Below, one piece after another: positions 26,952 through 36,606 of a stretch of 64,000 bases of DNA. This DNA is from an uncultured Gammaproteobacteria bacterium (lineage in GTDB: Bacteria > Patescibacteriota > Microgenomatia > Levybacterales > GWA1-39-11). The DNA lies in contig CAZYWG010000010.1 in NCBI GenBank assembly GCA_964651815.1, positions 1,377 to 65,376 on the forward strand. The letters are read 5' to 3'. A program made the position numbers and the translations under genes. The notes beneath the pieces were generated by a model. The model was given only the letters and a program-made list of their open reading frames with translations, had not been told where the DNA came from and did no database searches. Each line of letters opens with the position of its first letter. Position 1 is the stretch's first letter.

Positions 26952-28661
26952 CTACCTCGTTACAAACGTTTCGCAGAATTTTTGTGATGATAGATTTTCA
27001 ATTGAAAAATCTGAGATTTTAAGATTTTGAGGATAGTTATTTAATCCATAGCTTGAGCAAAGTGTGTCATTATAAATTCTATAAATTTGTCCTCCATCAG
27101 TAAGCCTTGCAATTTTTAGATATGGATTTTTTGTGTCAAAGGCTCCACACAGCTCACTTTGGTAAATAGTTGTAATATTCGAATTATAACTTTTTGCAAT
27201 ATCCCCACAATTAAAGAAATTAACTTTCCCCAAAACATATTTATTTGAGTTAACCGAATTCTTAATCTCTTCAAAATTGGTGCCACTAAAACTATTTGTG
27301 TAATAAATATATTTCCTGTAAAAATCTTCCGGATTCTTAACAAAAACGTTGACTTTTTCAGAGTCATTCGATGCGAGCATTACGTAATGAGAAAGCGTTC
27401 TTGACGGAAAATCAAAGCTACCCTGCAACGGAAATTGAAAGAAATATATAAAAGCGAAATTCGCGGCAGATACTATATAGACCAAAATTATCGAGTACAT
27501 GATTAATTTATTTTTGAATGAACCGATCAATTCAGAAATCCCATATGCAATTGGAATAATCAAAAACGCCATAAAAAGCGCCAGGTGAGGCGTAAAAATT
27601 TCAGTTGTTACATAGTGCAAAACATGTGGCAAGGTTGAAATTAAAATGAGCGAGAAGAGAAAAATTGCTGCTTTAATTTTCTTTGCGAACAAAAAGCCTA
27701 TTCCGATGACTAAAAATAACGCGTCGATAACATAAAACATTCCGTGTCCATATAAAGATGTAAAAGTATCCCCCTCAACAAATAAATAACTAGGGGAAAA
27801 TGATTCTACCGTTTTTGTTGCAAGTAATTTAAAGTAGATGGTGAATTTATTTTCAAAAATATTGGTCAGAGAATTGGGCGAGATTGAATTTTTCCGCGCA
27901 ACGTCAACTTGTCTTGAAATCTCGGGATTTGAAGGTGATGCAATTTCGCCTACCCTATTTGTTCCGCCGGAAATCCTAAAAACAAAAAATAAAACGAGTA
28001 GAACACAAATTGCATTTAAAATTAAATATTGCCCGCCAAACTTTTTCTTATTTTCAAAATATGCAAATATTGAAGCTGATATTACTATTGGAAGGAAAAT
28101 TATTTTAGTCCCTATGTATGAATAAAATGCAAAAATAAAAAGAGGAAGAGCTAAAAAAATTCTATTTCCTTTTTCTTTGATTAAAAAATAAATAGCGGTG
28201 ACAAAAAAGAATGTCGCTGGGACAGTTTCATAAGTCGTACGTCCCATAAAGACCTGCCAAGGATTAATTGCAGCTAAAAATCCGGCAACAATTCCTGCGC
28301 GTCGCCCTAATAATTTTTCCGTGAGGAAATAGATAGCAAAAACAGTGGCAATTGAAATAATTACATACGTAATTCTGGTTGTAAAAAGTCCGAGCGGCAA
28401 AAATGCAATCGCAGGATATAGTAAAAAATACGGGAGTTCTGCTTGGGGAAACGTTGTGGGATAAGAAAATATAAGTGACTGGAAAATGCTCCAATTCCCA
28501 GAAAAATTATGCCCTGAAAGCGCAATTGCTTTTATTGGAATAATATATGTAAGCTCGTCTCCAGTTATTGCGCCGGGAACACTACCAAGCCAAATTAAAC
28601 GAAAAGCCGCGGCTACTAAAAATAAAATTACTAATAAGATAATATCCTTTTTGAATTTCAT
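26952..28661 (-). CDS. GT39/ArnT-like membrane glycosyltransferase (dolichyl-phosphate-mannose protein mannosyltransferase-like)
   Basis: Polytopic. N-terminal ...GSVPGAITGDELTYI... (DE motif in loop 1) typical of the PMT/ArnT family. Confidence 0.55.
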   Translation of the reverse strand: MKFKKDIILLVILFLVAAAFRLIWLGSVPGAITGDELTYIIPIKAIALSGHNFSGNWSIFQSLIFSYPTTFPQAELPYFLLYPAIAFLPLGLFTTRITYVIISIATVFAIYFLTEKLLGRRAGIVAGFLAAINPWQVFMGRTTYETVPATFFFVTAIYFLIKEKGNRIFLALPLFIFAFYSYIGTKIIFLPIVISASIFAYFENKKKFGGQYLILNAICVLLVLFFVFRISGGTNRVGEIASPSNPEISRQVDVARKNSISPNSLTNIFENKFTIYFKLLATKTVESFSPSYLFVEGDTFTSLYGHGMFYVIDALFLVIGIGFLFAKKIKAAIFLFSLILISTLPHVLHYVTTEIFTPHLALFMAFLIIPIAYGISELIGSFKNKLIMYSIILVYIVSAANFAFIYFFQFPLQGSFDFPSRTLSHYVMLASNDSEKVNVFVKNPEDFYRKYIYYTNSFSGTNFEEIKNSVNSNKYVLGKVNFFNCGDIAKSYNSNITTIYQSELCGAFDTKNPYLKIARLTDGGQIYRIYNDTLCSSYGLNNYPQNLKISDFSIENLSSQKFCETFVTR

Positions 28662-28695
28662 ACTAACAGCTATAAGCTAAAAGCTATTAGCTAAA

Positions 28696-29328
28696 CTAAT
28701 ACTCTCGTCTTCCCTCAAGCGCTCGTTCAATTGTCACTTCATCAGCATATTCTAAGTCGGCTCCAATTGGAAGACCGCGGCCAATCCTTGTGATTTTTAA
28801 ACCATTCGAGCCATTTTGCCCATTCATTTTATTTCCAAGTTCCCGAGTTATGTAAAGTGCGGTTGCCTCCCCCTCCATTGTTGGGTTGGTTGCCAAAATT
28901 ATCTCCTTAATTTCTGATTCATTCTTCCTTATTCTGTCCATAAGCTGTGGAATATAAATATCATCAGGTCCAATACTGTTAAGTGGATCAATTATTCCGT
29001 GCAAAACGTGGTAAACACCTTTGTATTTTCCGCTGCGTTCTATTGCAAGTAAATCAAGAGCATCCTCAACTATGCAAATTATTGAATTGTCACGCCCCGG
29101 ATCCGCGCAAATAAAACAAGGGTCTGATTCACCAATATTAAAACAAATAGAACACAACGTTGTCTGTCTTTTCAATTCTGATAAATTAGTGGCAAACGCG
29201 TCCAGATCACTCTGCGGCACGTGAAGTAAGTAAAACGCCAGCCGCTGCGCGGTCTTTGGCCCAATTCCGGGAAGTCTCTCAAAGTTTTCAACAATTTTTT
29301 CAATAGCTCTAGGGAGTTTCATATTCAA
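28696..29328 (-). CDS. recR: Recombination protein RecR
   Basis: LPGIGPKTAQRLAFYLL HhH, C4 zinc finger CSICFNIGESDPCFIC, Toprim. Confidence 0.85.
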   Translation of the reverse strand: MNMKLPRAIEKIVENFERLPGIGPKTAQRLAFYLLHVPQSDLDAFATNLSELKRQTTLCSICFNIGESDPCFICADPGRDNSIICIVEDALDLLAIERSGKYKGVYHVLHGIIDPLNSIGPDDIYIPQLMDRIRKNESEIKEIILATNPTMEGEATALYITRELGNKMNGQNGSNGLKITRIGRGLPIGADLEYADEVTIERALEGRREY

Positions 29329-29517
29329 ACCATTATACTAAAAGTTGACGTGAAGTGTACTTTTTTGAAGACAACTGAAAGTCGCGAAGATCAAGTTAAT
29401 TTTTAGATGACCAAGAATATGCGACTTTCAATTAGCGAAGGAGACTAAGTTTAAAAATCGTACTAATTATCTGAGCGGGTCTGAAAAGAATGTGCACAAG
29501 CGGCAACGAAAAACTAA

Positions 29518-30078
29518 TTACAGCGTCATCAATTCACGCTCTTTTTCCGCGAGTACCGTGTCAATTTTTCCCGTAAAATCATCAGTTAATTTTTGAATTT
29601 CGTGCTCTATTCTTTTGACTTCATCCTCAGAAATGCTTTCATTTTTAGCAAATTTTTTTGCATCTTCAATTCCTTCATGCCGCACTTGCCGCAGGACAAC
29701 CTTTCCGCTTTCCGATTTTTGTTTAATAAGCTTTACAAACTCCGCCCTTCTTTCTTCAGTTAAAGGTGGTAAATTGATTCTCAAAATATCCCCGTCAACA
29801 ATAGGGTTAAGCCCCACATTGGCAGATGAAATTCCCTTTTCAATTTCCGCTGTAATCGACTTGTCAAAAGGTGCAATCACTAGCGTATTGTTATCTTGAA
29901 TATGAATTGTGGCAAGCTCCAAAACTTTTAAAGGCTGCGTCCCGCCATATGCCTGGATCACGATATTTTCCACTAGCGTTGGAGAAGCCTTGCCGGTCCT
30001 AACAGTTGCAAAATCTTCCCGCAAAACGTCAATCGCTCTCTGCATTCTATTTTTAACTTGTAAAATTATATCTTCCAT
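29518..30078 (-). CDS. frr: Ribosome recycling factor
   Basis: 185 aa, RINLPPLTEERR motif. Confidence 0.85.
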   Translation of the reverse strand: MEDIILQVKNRMQRAIDVLREDFATVRTGKASPTLVENIVIQAYGGTQPLKVLELATIHIQDNNTLVIAPFDKSITAEIEKGISSANVGLNPIVDGDILRINLPPLTEERRAEFVKLIKQKSESGKVVLRQVRHEGIEDAKKFAKNESISEDEVKRIEHEIQKLTDDFTGKIDTVLAEKERELMTL

Positions 30079-30109
30079 TCTATTAACTATTATCTAATAA
30101 CTACTTCCG

Positions 30110-31297
30110 TTACATTTTAGGCAACAGCGTCTGGCCCGGAATAAGTTTTACAACGTCAAAGAAAGTAATTAACAAAATCAGACAAAGCAAAACGGCAAGC
30201 CCAATTGCGTGCGCGGCCGTCTCATATTTTGCCGGAACCTTACGGCGTGTTACAAGTTCTATCAATATAAAAAATAATCTTCCACCGTCAAGCGCCGGGA
30301 TTGGTAAGACGTTGAAAAATGCCAATGAAATTGAAAGTAAACCTGCAAGATTTAAAACCTGCGTAAATCTTTCTTTGATATCCGGAATGCTCAAGAGATC
30401 TGTAATTATTCTGTAAATTCCAACAGGCCCGGAAAAACCCTCTGTCACAAGCCCCGCATTATGACTTGCGAATGAAAATTCAATAACCTTTTTAATTGCA
30501 TAAAGATTGTAAGCCATGAGATTTATTGGATGGATAAAACCTGAAAACAATTTCTGAATTGGAGTTGCATATGTAAGCTCAGCATTTTCATCAAGAGCAA
30601 TACCTATTGGCCCCTGCCCTTTTGGGGGATTTTTCCTTGGCGTCACAGTGAAGTGGACCATTTTGTAAGTGATTAGATTTTCCGCATCAACGCTAGTTGG
30701 CCGCCCGCGATTCTCACTGATAATTTTAATAACATTCTCAGTTGCGGTTGGCGTAATACCCGCAACTTTTATGATTTTTAAAGGAGGCCGCATACCGGCT
30801 TGGTCAGCGGGTGATCCTTTTTCTACAAAGCCAACAACATTTGCGAGATTTGCCTGGTTAACACCAAAAAATTTATAATCACCAATTAATGGAATTTCTG
30901 CCTTAAAACCTGTGATTAAAAAATAAGTGTAGAAAATAAGTGCCGCCAGGAATAGATTCATGACAACTCCGGCCAAAATAACTACAGCTCGTTGCCACGC
31001 GGGACGCGCAAAAAACGCACGTTTTAAATCATATTCCTTATCTTCTGAGGTTTTTACCTGAACGCTGCCACCGCCTGCTTCATCTTCCCCATAAAGTTTG
31101 ACGAACCCCCCAATAGGCAACCAATTAATTGAATAAAGTGTCTCGCCTATTTTTTTGCCAAGCGCGCGTGGTGGAAAACCAAACCCAAATTCTTCAACTT
31201 TTATTCCAAACTTTTTGGCTGTCAAAAAATGCCCGAGTTCGTGGATTATTACAAGGATAGAAAGTATAACCAAAAAAACAATTAGAGAAAATATCAT
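30110..31297 (-). CDS. rseP: RIP site-2 zinc metalloprotease RseP-family
   Basis: HELGHF zinc motif in TM1, PDZ region, C-terminal LDGG. Confidence 0.8.
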   Translation of the reverse strand: MIFSLIVFLVILSILVIIHELGHFLTAKKFGIKVEEFGFGFPPRALGKKIGETLYSINWLPIGGFVKLYGEDEAGGGSVQVKTSEDKEYDLKRAFFARPAWQRAVVILAGVVMNLFLAALIFYTYFLITGFKAEIPLIGDYKFFGVNQANLANVVGFVEKGSPADQAGMRPPLKIIKVAGITPTATENVIKIISENRGRPTSVDAENLITYKMVHFTVTPRKNPPKGQGPIGIALDENAELTYATPIQKLFSGFIHPINLMAYNLYAIKKVIEFSFASHNAGLVTEGFSGPVGIYRIITDLLSIPDIKERFTQVLNLAGLLSISLAFFNVLPIPALDGGRLFFILIELVTRRKVPAKYETAAHAIGLAVLLCLILLITFFDVVKLIPGQTLLPKM

Positions 31298-31336
31298 CTT
31301 GCTAGATTATACAGAATAAATCTGGAGAGTAAAAGC

Positions 31337-31645
31337 TTATCCCTCTTTTCTTCTGAAGCTTACTACACTAATATTTGGCTCTTTGGGATCAATGGGAGAT
31401 TCAAATTTTCCTATATTTCTTGCAACATAATCTCTAATTTCAGAATCGGGCGCAGATGTTGAAAACATAATTCCTAATGCTTCTTGAAATCTATTTTGCC
31501 GACCATCTATTTGAGAGTCTGTATTCTCTGATGACTTGCGCAATGCCCTTTCCTGAGCACTTATTGCCTTTTTTCCACCTTCAACCACGTGTGATAATTT
31601 TGCCTGTCGTTGTTTTTGTTGTCGCGAACCTGCAGCTGATGTCAT
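31337..31645 (-). CDS. Basic hypothetical protein (102 aa) between rseP and tsf
   Basis: ORF only; 1-nt overlap with tsf. Confidence 0.35.
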   Translation of the reverse strand: MTSAAGSRQQKQRQAKLSHVVEGGKKAISAQERALRKSSENTDSQIDGRQNRFQEALGIMFSTSAPDSEIRDYVARNIGKFESPIDPKEPNISVVSFRRKEG

Positions 31646-32100
31646 TATTTTCCTAGTTCAATGCGGTTGATACGGCCTATTGTTATGTTCTCGCCTAACT
31701 TTGCTATAGTTTCTTTTACCAAGTCGCTTATTGTTTTTGCTGGGTCGCGGACATATTCTTGCTTTTCAAGCGCTTTTACATCTTTTGGATTCATAGATGA
31801 AACCTGCAAACAAATTTCATGTGCCAAAGTATTAAATTCATCAGTTCTTGCCACAAAATCCGTTTCGCAAAGAAGTTCAACTATTACCCCCACTCTTCCC
31901 ATATGAATATAAGAATCAATTAATCCTGAGTTTGTCTCGCGGTCGCTTTTCTTGGCAGCCTTTTCAAACCCTTTTTTCTTGAGGTAATCTTCTGCTTTCT
32001 TAAAGTCATTTTTTGAGACTTCAAGCGCTTCACGACAATCCGCAATTCCCGCGCCTGTCTTTTCTCTAAGTTGTTTTATTAATGAAACGTCAACGCTCAT
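31645..32100 (-). CDS. tsf: Elongation factor Ts (short form)
   Basis: MSVDVSLIKQLREKTGAGIADCREAL UBA-like N-terminus. Confidence 0.75.
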   Translation of the reverse strand: MSVDVSLIKQLREKTGAGIADCREALEVSKNDFKKAEDYLKKKGFEKAAKKSDRETNSGLIDSYIHMGRVGVIVELLCETDFVARTDEFNTLAHEICLQVSSMNPKDVKALEKQEYVRDPAKTISDLVKETIAKLGENITIGRINRIELGK

Positions 32101-32121
32101 GTTTGAATGATAAAATTGTGA

Positions 32122-32934
32122 TTACGAATTGTGCCTTCTGTTTATTAACTCTGCTTCTTCTTTTTTTGCTTTCGCTGCGGCTGCGGCTTTCACTTTTTCT
32201 TCTTCCTTCATTCTCGTTTCTTCATTCTTGTTTCTAATCTTGGCTCCTTCTATCCACGCATCAACCAAATAGCTTGTAATTAATTTAATTGAACCAACAG
32301 CGTCATCATTTGCGGGAATTGGATAATCAATTACCGTTGGGTCTGCATTTGTGTCGGTTATTCCAACCGTTGTAACGCGGTTTGAAATAGCCTCGTGTAC
32401 TGCTGTTGTTTCAAGTTGTGTCCCAATTATTACTAGAGCATCAGGAAGCCTATCTAAATCCATGATTCCCTCATAATAGTCTTTCAACTTGTCGCGGTCT
32501 CGAGTAAACAACAAAACTTCTCGCTTGGTGTATTCTTCTTTTTTATTGCCGGTAAGAAATTCGTTTAGATCTCTGAGCTTTTTAAAATTCTTTGAAACTT
32601 CAGGAAAATTTGTAAGAGTTCCACCAATCCATCGGAAAGTAACGTGGAAAATTCCTTTTGCGTCTACAGCGCGTGCGCGGTCAACTTCGTCCGTTACAAT
32701 CTGCTTTGCTTGTCTTTTAGTCCCTACAAAAATTACATATCCACCTTTTTGGGAAAGGTCTTTTAGGTATTGCCCAGCAGCAATTAAACCTTCACGAGTT
32801 TTTTCAAGATTGATAATGTGGATGTTTGACCTGGCCTCAAAAATGTATTCGTCGGCGCGTGGATTGCGACGGTTTACCTGATGTCCAAAATGACACCCTG
32901 CAACCAATAATTCTTCAAGAGTAATATCTCGCAT
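32122..32934 (-). CDS. rpsB: 30S ribosomal protein S2
   Basis: GCHFGHQVNRRNP, FVGTKRQA, with a Lys/Glu/Ala-rich C-tail. Confidence 0.9.
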   Translation of the reverse strand: MRDITLEELLVAGCHFGHQVNRRNPRADEYIFEARSNIHIINLEKTREGLIAAGQYLKDLSQKGGYVIFVGTKRQAKQIVTDEVDRARAVDAKGIFHVTFRWIGGTLTNFPEVSKNFKKLRDLNEFLTGNKKEEYTKREVLLFTRDRDKLKDYYEGIMDLDRLPDALVIIGTQLETTAVHEAISNRVTTVGITDTNADPTVIDYPIPANDDAVGSIKLITSYLVDAWIEGAKIRNKNEETRMKEEEKVKAAAAAKAKKEEAELINRRHNS

Positions 32935-33084
32935 AATTTGTTCTTTTTACCTCCGTTTGGGGTTCGAATAATTCGAACAGAACATTATCCAAACGTGTTA
33001 AGATTTCATTATTATACTCGAACACGAGTGAAAAAACAACATTTCTTTGACAATATCAAAATTTATATACTAAAATGAATATTA

Positions 33085-34173
33085 GTGAGAAAAAAACCTG
33101 CCAGACATCTCAAAAAACATTTTAGGAAATACAAAAAGCACTTAGGTTTTGTTACTATTCTACTGCTTTTTATAATAATCGCACTCGCACTTCTACTGAC
33201 AGGATCATATTTAACTGGCAAAGATTTATCAACTCCAGTTCCAGGTGCGCCCGGGATTCCCGTAACTCCAGCAATAAGCGGACAGCAACAAAATCTCCAA
33301 TTAAAAACTTTTGGTTTTACAACTCCGGAACCAACAAAAACGTGCGCATATGATAGCGAAATGTCCGGTTGTTCTTGTCCTGACACATCCAAATGGGGGA
33401 ATTTCTATACGGACAAGCCTGAAGAAGTTTGTAGCTCTACCAACAATTGTCCTTTTGTGCAATTGTGTAAGGATACATGTGGCTGGAATTCTATCCAATG
33501 CGTAATACCAGATACTCTTGCCGGAAATCCTATTGGTCCACGACCTGATCACGGATACGCTATAAATTGTCAAGTTATAGGCACTTTACTTCAAAGCGGT
33601 AAAACATTGTGTGTTGGAAAACCCGTAATTTATCTCTATCCTGAAAAATCTACTCTTGTGGACGTGACACTTGAAATACCCGGCGAGATTTATATTAGTA
33701 TTCCAAAGTATCCGACTGAAGGATGGAAGAATGTTTTAGCCCAACCTAGCGGAACATTAACTTATCAAGGTCAAAATTATCACGAACTTTATTACGAATC
33801 AAAAGTTAAATCGAATATCAAACCCACCACTGGAATTATTATCCCTTCTTCACTACTCGCGGAAAAATTATTCGAACTGACCGGAAAACTTGGACTAAAA
33901 CCCACCGAACAAAAAGAATTTTTGGAATATTGGCTACCAAAACTAAAGGCACTTAATAAGCCGTACATTCTATTTTCCGTTTTGACTCGAGCTGAAAAAG
34001 AAAGTATTGACCATGTTGACATTAATCCAAAACCGGATGTTTTCATTAATTTCTTGGCTTACTTTAAAGGCCTTGACCTTCCGGTCGCTATTGAACCCCT
34101 TATAATCCCTCCCCAGCCTACTCGAACCGGTTTTACTGCAGTTGAATGGGGAGGAACAATTGACTCCGATTAA
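33085..34173 (+). CDS. Membrane-anchored secreted protein, paralog 1 of a tandem three-member family with a conserved about 200-aa C-terminal domain
   Basis: GTG start. Signal anchor. The C-terminal GKPVIYLYPEK...WK.VLA.P.G.L.YQ...Y.ELYYESKV...VEWGGTID is shared with 34219 and 35317. Confidence 0.55.
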   Translation: MRKKPARHLKKHFRKYKKHLGFVTILLLFIIIALALLLTGSYLTGKDLSTPVPGAPGIPVTPAISGQQQNLQLKTFGFTTPEPTKTCAYDSEMSGCSCPDTSKWGNFYTDKPEEVCSSTNNCPFVQLCKDTCGWNSIQCVIPDTLAGNPIGPRPDHGYAINCQVIGTLLQSGKTLCVGKPVIYLYPEKSTLVDVTLEIPGEIYISIPKYPTEGWKNVLAQPSGTLTYQGQNYHELYYESKVKSNIKPTTGIIIPSSLLAEKLFELTGKLGLKPTEQKEFLEYWLPKLKALNKPYILFSVLTRAEKESIDHVDINPKPDVFINFLAYFKGLDLPVAIEPLIIPPQPTRTGFTAVEWGGTIDSD

Positions 34174-34218
34174 ATCGGGGTTGACCCCAATTAATCAAGA
34201 TTCGGCAACTAAAAGACT

Positions 34219-35286
34219 TTGAGCAAAGATAAATCACTCAAAAATAACAGGAATTCCAGGGGGCAAATGATAATTGCCGCCGTCATTGTCGTCTTAATTA
34301 TTGGTTCGGTATTAATGGCCGGAGGTCTTAAATACAAAAAGGTGACTCCGTTTCCGGGCGCAATTCCCTACAGTCAAGACGATATCCTTACGCCTCCAGC
34401 CTCCCAATCAAAGAAAAATTTACAGCTCGATACTTTCAAATTCTGCACAAGAGCTCAAGGTGATGACGGAGTATGTTACGCTCAAAATTCTGGAATCTGC
34501 TGCCCCAACCAAGCTTGGGCAAAAGTTTTGTGTGAGAATAAAAAGTGCGTAGGAGTTGTGGATGATGCGCCTGGTAAGTACGTAAAGGGTCTGGCTGAAA
34601 AAGCCGGGATGAATGTTTGTGACTGGCTTGAACATCCCTCTGGAGACCCGGGAAATCATCCATCTATGCCGATAAGCGAATGGTGCTCGGCTTGCAATGC
34701 TACACCTGGATTTATGTGTTGGGGCAAACCGGTTATTCTCCTCTACCCTGAAAAACCAACACTTGTGAATGTTGAGGTTAAAACATTGGGTGAAATATAT
34801 GTATCTGACCCACTGTATCCGGCTGGTGGGTGGAAAGAAGTTTTAGCAAACCCTAACGGTTCTCTAGTTTATCAAAATAAAAAGTATAACGAACTATTTT
34901 ATGAATCTAAAGTAAAAAATTACGGAATGCCCGAAAATGGATACGTTTACAAAACGAGCGAACTTGACAATAAGATTCCCGAACTTCTTTATAATCTTGG
35001 TCTAAACAATACTAAGTCTGAAATTCCTGAGTTTATGGATTTCTGGCTTCCAAAACTTAATTCGCTTAACTCACCATATATTTTTGTTTCTCTAATTGAA
35101 AAAGAGATCAAAGAGAAAAATGACAAAGTTGTCATAAAGCCTGAACCTGATACACGAATCGAATTGATAGTTTATTTCAAACCTCTTGAATATCCTTTAC
35201 AGGTCAAACCCCTGACCATACCCACACGTCCGGAAAGGCGTGGTTTCACTGAGGTTGAATGGGGAGGGACAATTGATCTCGATTGA
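34219..35286 (+). CDS. Membrane-anchored secreted protein, paralog 2 (Cys-rich middle region)
   Basis: As paralog 1. Variable region has about 10 Cys. Confidence 0.55.
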   Translation: MSKDKSLKNNRNSRGQMIIAAVIVVLIIGSVLMAGGLKYKKVTPFPGAIPYSQDDILTPPASQSKKNLQLDTFKFCTRAQGDDGVCYAQNSGICCPNQAWAKVLCENKKCVGVVDDAPGKYVKGLAEKAGMNVCDWLEHPSGDPGNHPSMPISEWCSACNATPGFMCWGKPVILLYPEKPTLVNVEVKTLGEIYVSDPLYPAGGWKEVLANPNGSLVYQNKKYNELFYESKVKNYGMPENGYVYKTSELDNKIPELLYNLGLNNTKSEIPEFMDFWLPKLNSLNSPYIFVSLIEKEIKEKNDKVVIKPEPDTRIELIVYFKPLEYPLQVKPLTIPTRPERRGFTEVEWGGTIDLD

Positions 35287-35316
35287 ATCGAATTAGATTG
35301 TTTAAACTTTTGAAAA

Positions 35317-36576
35317 ATGACTACTATAAAAAATTCGAATCAGGGTCAAATGATGATAGCCGCGATAATAATTCTTTTGGCGGTGGGCTCATTAATGATG
35401 GCCGGAGGATTAAGGTACAAGAAACCAAATGCAAAATCCATTCCCGTCAACCCTTCCAACTACACCTGCTGTGACTCAGGTGACGGAGATACATGCAAAC
35501 CAAGTTCAACTGATAAATTTATGTGGAAAGGTACCAATGCACAACCTGAGGAGTATGCATTAATCAAATCCAACGTTATGCTCACTGAAGGGAATGGCCA
35601 CATGGCGCATGCAGTGGCGCCGGACGATAAAACACCAGACGACAAACCAATATTCATAGATACTTCTGAAAATGCCGGAGAATGCGGAGGCGGAAGTCAG
35701 GATCAGGTTTTTGGAAGCGGTTTAATGTGTGTTGCTATTCCGAATGATGAATTAATTTACGTCTGTGAAAAAAATTGCGACCAAAGTCTTAGTCAACCGG
35801 GCGTTTACGACGCGTATTACCGGACAAAAGATACTCCAATCCCTGATGTAATTAAGAACTGCACCAAGTCCCCTATAGCTCCAAATAGTAGCGGACAAAA
35901 AATAGTTTTTAATGGATCTAATTCCAAAAATAATTTACAACTCAATACTTTTAAAATAATAAATGACCAAACTCCTGCCCCTTGGCTTTCCCCATACTGT
36001 AAGCCTGCTATCTATCTTTATCCTGAGGAGAAATCTTTTGTTACGGTAAAACTTATTTCAAGCGAGGCGTTGACATATTCTGAGCCTCCCTACCCTATAA
36101 ATGGCTGGGGAGTTTTGGCAGATTCGTCTGGCCTTATTGATTACAACAATAAATTTTACGACTATTTGTATTATGAAACAAAGGTTGCAGATGATAATCT
36201 AGAAATTCCAACAAAAGGTTTTGTTGTAGAAAAGTCCGGTCTCAAACAATTGTTCGAGAATATTCTTCCAAGGCTTGGGTTAAATATTAAAGAAACGCAG
36301 CAATTTGAAGATTACTGGAACGGAAAACTTCCGCAGTCCCCTTATTATTTTGTAGGAATTATCCCACAACAAAACCTTGATAACTTAACGTCACTTAATA
36401 TAGCACCAAATCCGCAAACTGAAATCCGTGTCACACTTTACTTTAAACCGCTACAACAAAAAGTTTCAATGGAACCCCCAACAATAGTTACGCCCAAGCG
36501 GTCAGGATTTACGGTTGTTGAATGGGGCGGGATTTTCAAGAAAGACGTAAGCCATAACCTTTCCTGCTATCAATAG
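35317..36576 (+). CDS. Membrane-anchored secreted protein, paralog 3 (longer Cys-rich middle region)
   Basis: As paralogs 1 and 2. C-terminal PAIYLYPEEKSFVTV...VEWGGIFKKD. Confidence 0.55.
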   Translation: MTTIKNSNQGQMMIAAIIILLAVGSLMMAGGLRYKKPNAKSIPVNPSNYTCCDSGDGDTCKPSSTDKFMWKGTNAQPEEYALIKSNVMLTEGNGHMAHAVAPDDKTPDDKPIFIDTSENAGECGGGSQDQVFGSGLMCVAIPNDELIYVCEKNCDQSLSQPGVYDAYYRTKDTPIPDVIKNCTKSPIAPNSSGQKIVFNGSNSKNNLQLNTFKIINDQTPAPWLSPYCKPAIYLYPEEKSFVTVKLISSEALTYSEPPYPINGWGVLADSSGLIDYNNKFYDYLYYETKVADDNLEIPTKGFVVEKSGLKQLFENILPRLGLNIKETQQFEDYWNGKLPQSPYYFVGIIPQQNLDNLTSLNIAPNPQTEIRVTLYFKPLQQKVSMEPPTIVTPKRSGFTVVEWGGIFKKDVSHNLSCYQ

Positions 36577-36606
36577 TCTTATAAGTACTTGACATCTTAA
36601 TATAAA

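Noticed and set aside
32935-33084. Palindrome TTCGAATAATTCGAA / GGGGTTCGAATAA as a tRNA T-arm
   Set aside because: No acceptor, D or anticodon arms can be folded. It is just a palindrome in the divergent rpsB/33085 promoter region.
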